The notes below the pieces were generated by a model. The model did no database searches, had not been told where the DNA came from, and worked only from the letters and a program-made list of their open reading frames with translations. 64,000 nucleotides of DNA from Rhizophagus irregularis (taxonomy: Eukaryota). The position numbers were made by a program, and so were the translations under genes. Below are positions 51,040 to 61,654 of the stretch, piece by piece. Where the stretch lies: contig NC_089435.1 of assembly GCF_026210795.1 (NCBI RefSeq), positions 3,286,001 through 3,350,000 of the forward strand, given 5' to 3'. Within the stretch, counting starts at the first letter, position 1, and the number at the start of each line of letters is the position of its first letter.

Positions 51040-51831
51040 ATGCTTACTTTTAGTGAACTTACTCCATCTCTTACTGTTACTGAATTTAAGATCAATGTTG
51101 AAGGGCTTGATTACACCGTGCTTGGTCATAAGCTTGAACCTACTAAGGATGTTATTGCCATTAATAGCAACTTTATTCATAAAGCTTTTGAGGGTTATGA
51201 ACAGTACTTGTCTAAACCAAAAGGTGAGAGGCGATGCAGACGAAGTACACCTGACAATCCATTAAATAGACGGCGACGTACAGGGGATGGTAGCACTTTT
51301 AATGCATGCATTGAGTTTGTTATCATCTTAGCTGATACTGTACATACTATTCGTTATTTTCCTAAATCTGGTAGTATACAAGTTTTCGGGTCTTTTGATC
51401 CTGTTGCTATCTTCTTACGTTACCTTTCTGAATGTTCCCTACCTGAATTTTCTTCTGTAGAACTTGTGGGTGGAAATAAGGCTCTCCTGCGCAATTATAA
51501 ATTTGTGATTAATATTGGGGGTGATAAGTTTATTAATCTTTCTACCTTAGCATATGCTTTAGAATCTATAGATGGTATTCGTGAGATTCTTCCCTTTCCG
51601 ATAAAGTATATTAAGAATGATGCAGGTGATATTCATTCTAAAATTGCTATAATCTTTACTTCAAAGATTCGGGTACATATCTGGCCTAAATCTGGTAAGG
51701 TTAATATATTTGGCACTAAGACTGAATTGGATGCTGATATGGTTTATAAGTTCTTACAGAAGTTGTTTTCTAATCCGAATGATTTTGGGGATTTTATTTG
51801 TGATGCACCTATTCCAGATTGTGAGAGGTAA
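51040..51831 (+). CDS. TATA-binding-protein-like protein resembling asfarvirus B263R
   Basis: Two TBP-like repeats (IRYFPKSGSIQVFG; VHIWPKSGKVNIFG); AINSNFIH, GDGSTFNACIE and C-terminal PIPD match my recollection of ASFV pB263R. Confidence 0.8.
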   Translation: MLTFSELTPSLTVTEFKINVEGLDYTVLGHKLEPTKDVIAINSNFIHKAFEGYEQYLSKPKGERRCRRSTPDNPLNRRRRTGDGSTFNACIEFVIILADTVHTIRYFPKSGSIQVFGSFDPVAIFLRYLSECSLPEFSSVELVGGNKALLRNYKFVINIGGDKFINLSTLAYALESIDGIREILPFPIKYIKNDAGDIHSKIAIIFTSKIRVHIWPKSGKVNIFGTKTELDADMVYKFLQKLFSNPNDFGDFICDAPIPDCER

Positions 51832-51852
51832 AAAAAATGGTTTCACTGAGAA

Positions 51853-52524
51853 CTAAAAACCCTCTATTTGTAAAATCCAGCAATCGCATTCCTGACTTCT
51901 TGTTGGCATAAGACATTCGTCACATAGAGTTATAGCCAACTCATTTTTTAGTCTATCCAGCTGACTCTCGGTGGTCGGTGCAAGATTCTGATAGTATTCA
52001 TTGAATTCATTCTGCTCTACTTCATCTATGTCTTCATCTGTGTCTTCGTCCATATCTTCATCTCCTTTAATATGGTAGATGCTGAATTCATTTCTATATT
52101 CATCATTAGGATTCGTGAATATTCTTTGTATATTGTAATCTATAATGTTGAATGTTGTAGGTTTCTTTTTTGATAATATTTCTACTAAGTCTAATAATGC
52201 ATATGCTAATTCTTTATCCTCTGAGAAGTTCTTAATGATATCTGAAAATCTTTCATATATTGCCATCTCATCTGGTAGAATAGAATATCTTATTCGTGAT
52301 AAAAGTGATGGATGTATCCATATATCATCACCTTCTAACATCTCATCAAATATTTCTACTAGCTCTTCTAATCCAGATACTAACATACTTTCTTTGCTAA
52401 ATTCGGAATCTAAAGCTTTTAAATATGCTATATCTAAATACCACATTATTTCCTTTACCCATTCTTCTATGTTGAGTTCAAACTGGCCTAGTATACGTCT
52501 TAGTAATGGTCTGTATTGTGACAT
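51853..52524 (-). CDS. Element-encoded hypothetical acidic protein with C-terminal CxxC...CxC
   Basis: 223-aa ORF just inside the right TIR, preceded by the shared motif and TTACAAGATGTCA start context. Confidence 0.7.
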   Translation of the reverse strand: MSQYRPLLRRILGQFELNIEEWVKEIMWYLDIAYLKALDSEFSKESMLVSGLEELVEIFDEMLEGDDIWIHPSLLSRIRYSILPDEMAIYERFSDIIKNFSEDKELAYALLDLVEILSKKKPTTFNIIDYNIQRIFTNPNDEYRNEFSIYHIKGDEDMDEDTDEDIDEVEQNEFNEYYQNLAPTTESQLDRLKNELAITLCDECLMPTRSQECDCWILQIEGF

Positions 52525-52548
52525 CTTGTAAGTCTTTTATATGTGAAT

Positions 52549-52987
52549 CTTTTATTCAATTACATTTTTTCTCGGTATAAGGGAAATTGCTTGCCTTGCT
52601 ATTCCGCTCTATTGACTCCATGGCTGGTTTCCTGGATGGGTTAATATTTCCTTACCTTTTTTGGCTCCGTTGGCTTTGAAATCCTATTTCTTGTTCGGTT
52701 AATTTTTTCAGATTGTGTGGTGGTAATAGAATTGTATGGTGGTAATAAAACTATATGATGGTAACTAGATTATATGAAAAGTGGTAGGTGGATTATATGG
52801 TGGTAATTAAAATTATATGATGGTGGTAATTAGATTATATAAAGTGGTAGTTAAATTATAGTAAAAGTGGTAGGTGGATTATATGATGGTAATTAAGTTA
52901 TATGATGGTGGTAATTAGATTATATAAAGTGGTAGTATTTTAGATTATATGGTGGGGGTGAGCTAGAATTGGGGTTTTCATACTACT
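52549..52987 (-). repeat. Right TIR (439 bp), including promoter motif copy 3 at 52549-52572
   Basis: Reverse complement of the left TIR. Confidence 0.95.
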
Positions 52988-53661
52988 ATGGTATCATAAG
53001 CAACATGTGTCTGAAAAAGAAATTAAATCCTTTATGAAAAAAATTGTTACCTTAACCGGAATTAACGTGGATGATCGCAAAATTAGTAACCATTCAGGTC
53101 GGAAAATGCTAGTACAAATATTAAAGCGATGAGGATTTTCAAATTCTGAATGTATGGCAAGTACACGACATAAGTCTGAGCAAGGGCTTGCTAGATATGA
53201 GCGTCCAGAAACTGAAATTCAACGAAATAATGCTTTTAACCTTGTTGAAGCATTTGGTTTTAATAAAAATAATATTCGATCAGGTAAAAATTTGAAATTT
53301 TTAATCATTAATAAATGACCTGCATTCTAATTTTCTTCTATAGAAGAATCAATGGAACAATCAACTTTATCAACAGACAATTTCGTTGTTGCAAAATCAT
53401 TGCTTAATGGTAATATTCTAAAATTTTATTCTATTTTTTGATAATCAATTTAACAAAATTGAACTTTTTCTAGATAATCGTGAAGTTATTAATTCGGCAA
53501 ACAGTAATATTAAAGTTACAAGAAGGCCATTAAAAGATTTAAATGAAATTCAAGAAAATAAAAGTCAAAATTTGGAAGAATTAGTTTCGAAATTAACAGC
53601 TGATAAAGTTTTTATCAATTCTGTTATTATTTTCAATAATAATCCTAATAGCCATAATTAA
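52988..53661 (+). pseudogene. Crypton-type tyrosine recombinase, 3' part
   Basis: Continues in frame WYHKQHV...ISNHSGRK (HxxR)...TRHKS...LARYER (catalytic Tyr); in-frame TGA at 53130-53132; two further GT-AG introns. Confidence 0.85.
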
Positions 53662-53849
53662 TAATTATAACACATGTATTGTTTATAGCTTAAATATAGT
53701 TTATTGTAATTATTAAACTTACGCATAAAAAATAATTAAATTACAAATCATCAACATCATACAGCGGAGCACGATAATTGTATTTATAACTAAATATATA
53801 ATAGTATTATTTTAACAAAAAAAAATAATAACATTTCTTTAAAAAGAAA

Positions 53850-54900
53850 CCCCAATTTGGATATATACTTTTAACTAAAAACCAGTATCTGGGTTTTTGG
53901 ATATTCCATATATTCTACATTGTAATTTAGAAAAATATTAGTTATTAAGAAAATTTAGGACTTCCGGAAAGAATTTATACCTCTTTCAAAATTTTATCAA
54001 CGTTTTGTGAGTTATATAAACATTTTTGAGCCACTTTCATATATGGTAATCTTTTCCAATCATAACAAGATCGTGAACCTTCTTCCCACATTGCTGAATA
54101 TAATGCATTGAAATATTTTTGCTCACTTCTTTGATATTATTGAACTGACTGTATGGTATCCATTCAAGTATTGTTCGGTAGAAGATAATATCATTTAACT
54201 CACTTGACTTAGCATATTTTAATTGTCTCTTAAATAAAATTATCAATTTTTTTCATTATTACTTGCCCAGTTTGTAAAATTTGCTTTCAAATAGTTAGTT
54301 TGGCACTGTCTACACAACTTAGGCCACACAAATTCGAATTTTCGGTTCACTTCACCCGGCCGGGTCACTTTTTCAAATTTCAATAAAAAAAAGTTTATAT
54401 ATAAAAAATTTATCACGTGATCAGGACGTAAATTTATTGGCGGGTAAGTTTATCACGCGGCTGAGAACTTCTAGAGCGAAAATAAATTCCTCCCTTTTAA
54501 AAGTCAACCAATCAAATGTCACGATTTTATATATAAACTTTTTTTACTAATAAACAATAAACCCTGGGTCCCCGGGTCGATTTTAAATTTCAATGTTACG
54601 TGAACCGAAAAATTGAATTTGTGTGGCCTTATCTGTTAAACATCCAAATTATAACAATTATTCCCCACATTTACTACATCGTTCAAATGCATACTTTTTA
54701 TACTCTAAAACCATAATATAATCTTTTATATATGTATCTTGAGATGTTCCATATATTTTAGGAATTCTAATAAGAATCTCAATCGAATAATTTTCTCTAA
54801 TCTGTTGATAAACAATATGAATTAATATAACGTAATATTTATAAGAGTGTTGAAATTAAAAATTCACAATGAAATTTTATACCTTATTGAAAAATTCAGT
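53850..54900 (-). pseudogene. Degraded kinase-family gene
   Basis: LEWIPYSQFNNIKE and YGISxxPDT-type fragments with frameshifts; interrupted by a MITE. Confidence 0.7.
54322..54628. mobile_element. PIF/Harbinger (Tourist-like) MITE
   Basis: TIR GGCCACACAAATTC...TTCGGTTCAC; 3-bp TSD TTA on both sides. Confidence 0.88.
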
Positions 54901-55074
54901 AAGATTTTGACAATTATATAAATATTTTAACTCAACATTTTTTATCTGACTCGCTTATCCATTTCTTATTAGAATTTATTTTTAATTGTATCTCTAGAAT
55001 AAAAACAGCAATTCCTTTATTACAATTTGTCCTAATAAAAATGATTCATCTGACATGGCTTGTACATTCATAAT

Positions 55075-55635
55075 TCAAGCATGATGCAGTTTAATTCTTG
55101 AAAGATTTCTTATTCCAGGAAAATAAAGAAAGGAATAATTAATATGATAATGATTATGATAATAGAATAATTTTTTCAAGGAATAAATTTGCTTTCCAAA
55201 CATTTTGATAATTTCATGTATGACTAAATAATTTCTATCTTCTAAGCTTAATTGAATTATGGAGTGATTTATCCTTGAAAGCATTATCAAATATTCTACT
55301 AATATCACGAACTGAAAGTACTCTGCAAAATGCTGCATAATTAAACAGAGGTTTTTTTGCTGTAGGTTTGAAATAAAAATTCCATTCTTCTGTAAGAGCT
55401 CTTTTGATTCATTTGGAAGACAAGCATATAAGGTAGTAAGAATTGATGAGTCTATCTTAAATGGATTTTGTTGATAAGAACTTTTATTAAAATTCCAAAT
55501 ATTTCTCCATAAAATTCTAACAGAAATTCCACACCAAAGGCGATTAGTTAGCAAATATGAATGCAAAGTAAGAGTATCTTCCTCTAAGCATTAAAAAATC
55601 TCATTTAAACAGTCAGATGGAAGTTGACAAGTCAT
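55075..55635 (-). pseudogene. F-box/LRR pseudogene
   Basis: MTCQLPSDCLNEIF* early stop, then LLTNRLWCGISVRILW; frameshifts; truncated. Confidence 0.8.
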
Positions 55636-57919
55636 TTTATTATAATTTCAAAAAAAAAAAAAAAAAAAAAAAAAAGATTGATGTTAAACCTTTTTTAAAA
55701 TATAAAGAAATATAAATACAAATGTAGTGTAATATTAATTTTTTTGTCGATCGGTACAATTATAGTGCGAGCTGAAATTACGTTTTCAAAATGGTTGAAT
55801 TTGATGTCAATCGCATAAGGTGTTGGCCCATAAACGTAAATACGTAATGTATGTAATGTAGTTAATCGATTAACATAATAAGATTTTTAGATAAACATTG
55901 ATCTTGCCTTATTTTATATACATTGTTTCTTGTCACCACCTTACGTGGTTATCGCTAATATAAACAAGAATCATCACATGATCTGAATTATTTTATTATA
56001 TGTCGCACAAATCGCACAAATGTATAATCAGAAAATTTTTTCTTCCAGGTGATGTTCAATCATTACAATCAAGGTCACGATTGACCTTTGAACAAACTCT
56101 CTTCACTTTCTTCATTTTATAATTCATCATTGTGTCTTCAAAAAATCAAAAAAGAGACTATTCAACGAATAAAAGAAACATTTCCAACAATAATTCAAAA
56201 TATTCCCATTTCTCCCTTTGCAGATTATACAAACTTTCATATGTTGTTTAAGCAACAGTATCCTGTCACACAATTCTTTGTGAGTTCTATGAAGTATGAA
56301 ATCTTTAATCATGATTCATGAATAAAGATAATGCAAGATTAAAATAAACAAAATTTTCATAAAAAAATTTAATAATTAAATTTTTTTGTATATATGATAA
56401 AATAAAGATTTTTTCTAAAGTATTGCCCTTCTATCAATAATTTAATATGAACAAGAAAATTTATCACTTCAACAAACGGCTCCAGAATCTATGCTAAAAT
56501 GTAAGATGATAAGTATTAGTTATTCTTGTTTGAGTTTCCTAACATTTCTATATGCTATGATAGTTTTTAGAAAATACAATGAGCTGTTGGTTGATTTCAT
56601 CGATTTTTGCACTTCACTGAAATGAAAAATCTCTGTTAAACGTAACTCTATAGCAATCTTCATAGGTACTATTTGCATAATGAAATATAGTAGCTTATTG
56701 ATTATATATTTAAAAAAATATATATATATTTCTTTCAAATCTTTCTTGTAATTTATAAATTCTCCAATCATTTTCTTTCAGCTGATCTTTCGATTTAAAA
56801 TTGAAGTTGTATAAATTTGTCAAAAATTCTTCAATCTTTGAATAATCTTCGTTCAAAGCAAATGGTAATATTAATTTACTTTATAAATAGAATATTCTTT
56901 TTTGAATAAATTAATTAAATTATAACAATTAGGATTCATTATAACTAAATAATAATTTATGACTGAATTAATCTCGTTTAATCATATAATAAAGTTTTTA
57001 TTTAGGATTCAAACTTCAAATGACATCTCTCAAGATTGACGATTCTATTTGGGACCTCTTGAAAAAAACAATTTTATGAAATATGTCTTTTATGCCTTAT
57101 TTACTGTAACGATTGATACTTAATACCATTATTTTTAGTAACTTTATAATCATCTGTGTTTACTGCGCCACATTCTATTTACACTCTGTAGTAACCAAAA
57201 TTATATCAAACACACAAAAATAAATTCCTAATCACAAAGGATTTCCACTAAAACAACCTTTCTTGAGAGAAAATCTTGTTTTAGGGTCTAAAGATCTTGA
57301 TTCTAAACTGAACTCTTCTAAAAAAAACTATTCTTCCTCCCACATCCATTTGGAGAAATATTTATAATGAAAAAAAATTCAAAGGACAACTTGTTTATAG
57401 CTAAATTGACTTTAGACAACTTACACACTTCGTCCAAGTGACAATTTGTCAAAGGTCACTTTGTGATAAGTTGACCAAAGCAAATTTGATTACATAATCA
57501 TGATTGTCCCTTGGCTAACGCTCTAAAAATAATTCTAACCTAATATATCTAATAAAAAATCAATAAAAACAATATACTAATACAATAAAACATTATATAA
57601 AAAAATAATTAATACAAAAATATAATAAAAATACAATAAAATACTAAATAGTAAAAAAAATTCATATAAATTATGATTGATCATTTCACTAATCACTAAT
57701 AATATATTAGTGCGCGATGATCATTCAGTAATCAAAATTTCGCAACAGTAATATTATCATCCTGGTTATTACCATTGATCACCCGTTATATCATATGATT
57801 TCATCACCTAATTTTTCTATCATAACTATATTGATTTATATGAAAAATCAAGTAAAATTGAATAATCTAAAACTTAGTTTTCTAAAGCTACAAAATTTAA
57901 ATATATTTCAAATCATCAA

Positions 57920-59420
57920 AATGTATATATAATGCTTACAATGTAATAATCTGTAACTTCAAATTTCTTGATAATACCTAAATCAATATATTTTTCAATG
58001 ATTTCCAAATTCTTATCATTTTTGTTTAAGCTTGACACAATACAAAAATCAATAGTAATAATCAATGAAATTGACTTTTGTGATATATGATTTGACCAAC
58101 TTATAAAAAGAAATCTAATTCTTCCAGAAATATTTTAAATTGTACATTATAGTGATAATATAATATTACTTAATGTATTTTTTTTGAATATTCCAAAATT
58201 ACTTCCAATGCATCTTTCTCATTTAAAATAAACCACCACATCAAACTTTAATACTTTTTAAATTCTGACAACTTTCAATAATTATTTTTAATATTTCCAA
58301 TTCATTTAGAGGTGTTGGTACACATTGTTCATAGTAGTGTATCATTAGTTTACTTTTAATTCTAGTAGAAAGCTTATTAAGAATTGGACAATATCTGGCA
58401 ATTGATAATTTAATGAATTATTATTATAAATCATACTATAATCACAAAAATCAGACTTTTTCCATTATTTTCCCAATTAGAAAGTTCATATTTAAATTTT
58501 AAACTTGTAACTTTGGGAAAATAATGTATTGTAAAATTTCAAAATCTTTAAACTATTCTTTAACTTCAAATGACAGTTGTAGTTCTTGTAATTTTGTTAA
58601 CCTAATGATAAATGATAATGAAATATCATCATCACCTCCATAAAGTTTTAATTTAGTCAATGTATTGGGAACTCTTGTCATTAATAAAGATATTAAATCT
58701 GTCAGAACATAATATATTGATAAATTAAGACATGTTGAACAGAAATTAAATCTATCAATCCATCTGGAAGACAATCTACAACTGTTATATCTAATAATGA
58801 AATATTATTACAGATTTGAGATAATTGATGAAAAAATCAGAGGAAGTATCTGAACTACAATATAATTCTGAAAGATTTTTTAAACAATTCCTTGCTCCAG
58901 GGTAGGAAGTAAAACCAATTTCTTGATAGTGTGGATAATCTAAAACCTTTAATGAATCTGAAAAAAAATTAAATCTATCAATCCATCTGGAAGACAATCT
59001 ACAACTGTTATGCCTAATAGGAGGATTATGAGGATATTGTGAACTAGTTTTACTACGAAGCAAGGCTACCATTCCCTCAGCCCTATGATGAGCTGAATTT
59101 CTCTCATGACGCAACCTATTACAATCCTCTCTTAAAGCTGATATTTGGTGACGAAATGCAAGATGTTCATTTGTTCTTTCATTTCTGAGTTATTGAATGA
59201 ACTCATCCCTTTCTTGAACTTCATTCAACAAAATTTCGTTCTCTGCAACCAGTTGATAATGCTCAGAATTGGTAAGAGGAGGAGGAGGAATAATGAAAAA
59301 TAATTACAGATTTGAGATAATTGATAAAAAATCAGAGGAAGTATCTGAACTACAATAATAAAATTCTGAGGGATTTTTTAAACAGTCCCTTGCTCCAGGG
59401 TAGGAAATTAAAACTTTTAA
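57920..59420 (-). pseudogene. Rearranged F-box/LRR pseudogene, C-terminal part
   Basis: SYPGARxCLKNxSE present twice; NTLTKLKLYG; IIEKYIDLGII; many frameshifts. Confidence 0.7.
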
Positions 59421-59499
59421 TGATTCTATATATTTTCCACCACATCTTTCACACAAAGACCATAATGCAATCTTTAGTATCAGGATTTTGAGAAATTCC

Positions 59500-60544
59500 A
59501 TAAAACTTGAGAGTAAATTTTCTTAAACCATGTAATTAGTTTACATTTTACATTAAAACATTCAAGTTATTTTTTAAATGTTTACGCATTATTTCAAACC
59601 AATTTTTATCTGATTTTCTCATCCGGTCCTCCTTATTAAGGTCACAATATATTGGTCCGTCCTTCCATATTGCAAATATACTGAAGTTTTTATTTCTTCA
59701 ATAATATTAAACTGGTTGGCATGGTATCCACTCAACAACTATATCAAACAAGTCATAAATGCTTAATTGTTTTTCTTAAATAAAATCGTCAATCATTTTA
59801 TTTCCACTGGTCCAATTTGTATTTACTTTAAAAAATTTGTTTGATATGGAATATACCATTCATATTTTGCGTACGAGCGTTCTGCATACTTTTCATCACA
59901 TTTTTTACATCGTAGTTTATAATTTTCGCCATTCATATATTGAAAAACCATAATGTAATTGTGTGTATCTGGATTTTTGGATATTCCATAAAATTTATAA
60001 GATTCTTTTTTTGAATATATTAAATATTCATCTACCTGTTAAAGCATATAGAAAAAAAATTAATTGTGTAAAGAACGATAATATTTTTAAATTCATCACA
60101 ATATTTTCTCTAATCTATTAAAATAAAAAATAATATTTTAATTAATAAAATTTTTTTTTAAAAAAAAAATTTTAAAAATATCGTACCTCATTTAAAAATT
60201 CATTAATGATATTTGGTTTATCATAAAAACATTTTAAAGCAATTGTTTCAAACGAATCAATATCATGATATTGTAATGAACCATCCTTCCTTTTTGAATA
60301 ATATAATGCAGCAAAACTACCTTTGTTTTTTTCCTTAATATTAATGAATTGATTGTATGGTATCCATTCAAAAATTATATCATCATAATTATTAAGCTTC
60401 ATTACCGCTTGTCCAGTTCATAAAATTTCTTTTTAAAGAATTTATTTGACAATGTTTACACCATTCTTTTGCTGCACTTGAACGATCTATATAATTTTTA
60501 GCACATTTTTCACATCGTCCTGCTGGATTTATCAATGGAGACAT
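59500..60544 (-). pseudogene. Degraded kinase-family gene
   Basis: WCKHCQ...WTSG, FEWIPYNQF, ALKC, EFLNE|gt, IYGISKNPDT; frameshifts. Confidence 0.75.
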
Positions 60545-61426
60545 AGTATATTATTTCGAAAGATTCTTTTAATTAGAATAATAAGAATAATTAATAATTA
60601 GAATAATTTCGGTTTAAAATTAAAGACGATCAAACAATTTGAGAATCAACAAGGAGTTACCGCAGTAATGTTTAACCAAAAGAAATTAATGCCTTGTCGA
60701 TCATCCCCTTACATTCGCGTTATCGAAATTTTTTTGGAATACAATAAGACTTGGTTTTCCGTCTAGTAGACAAAGAACTTGACAAGTAAAAAAATTGTTC
60801 TTTTATTCTGTCATGTCAATAACAGTTGTGAAAATATTATAATCTACATGTTTAATTGGTTATAGATGAAAATATTTATACAAAATATTATAAAAATCAG
60901 TTATAAATACAAGTAATTAATTAAGATATAAGAGGGATTATTATTATATAATTTATTAAGTAGTTACATTGAAATACTGTATTAAATAGTCAACTTTTTT
61001 ATTTCTTTGTTTAAACAAAAAATTCTTATTTTTATTGTTAGTATCGACAATTTTATTTTATTTTTTTTTTCACCATTTGGGTGGATAATAAATAGATCAT
61101 GTTTAAAAGGAAATTACCTGCATTGTGGCTTGTGGGCTTAGATAATTTATGTGACGGAACCGGCTGCGGCTGGAGACCTGCACCGGGCTGGGTTCGTGTA
61201 ACCCAGTCTGGTATCGTAAATCAGTTAAGCCGCAGAGCTGCGGCAAGTTCTAGAACTTTTTTCAATTTATGAACAAAAAGCGTAAGCACCTGATATGTTG
61301 TAAGAATTTCGTAAAAGTTTAACCCAAATTTAGCGATCAAGATAACTTCAATAAAGTATATAAACACGTAAAATTCTCACATACGAAAAATTATTTTAAT
61401 AAAATCAAAATAAACAAACGGAAAAC

Positions 61427-61654
61427 ATGCCTTCAACTTCAAATAATAACCCTTCATCTCGAACTCAACCTAAAGATAACGTTTATAGTGGCGTCAATAA
61501 TAAGGGAAATATATGGTATCATCGTGGAGATTCAGTAGCACCCGGTGGTTCCTATTACTACGCTAACAAGGATAATTCTTACTATTATCAAAATTCAAAT
61601 GGATCAAAATATTATAATAATGGAAAAGGTTATTCTTATTACAAAAGATATTAA
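61427..61654 (+). CDS. Small Asn/Tyr-rich protein, paralog of 32564
   Basis: DNVYSGVN.KGN.W.HRGDSVA.GGSY.Y.N.DNSYYYQN shared with 32564; upstream TATAAA. Confidence 0.75.
   Translation: MPSTSNNNPSSRTQPKDNVYSGVNNKGNIWYHRGDSVAPGGSYYYANKDNSYYYQNSNGSKYYNNGKGYSYYKRY

Larger units (their letters stand above)
40939..52987. mobile_element. Complete Polinton/Maverick-type element, 12,049 bp
   Basis: AGTAGT...ACTACT termini; ~438-bp TIRs; 6-bp TSD ATGGTA (40933-40938, 52988-52993); protein-primed PolB and rve integrase. Confidence 0.97.

Noticed and set aside
41310..52531. Short antisense or alternate-frame ORFs within the element (e.g. 42754, 44419, 45541, 49600, 52145)
   Set aside because: They overlap well-supported genes and have no motifs.
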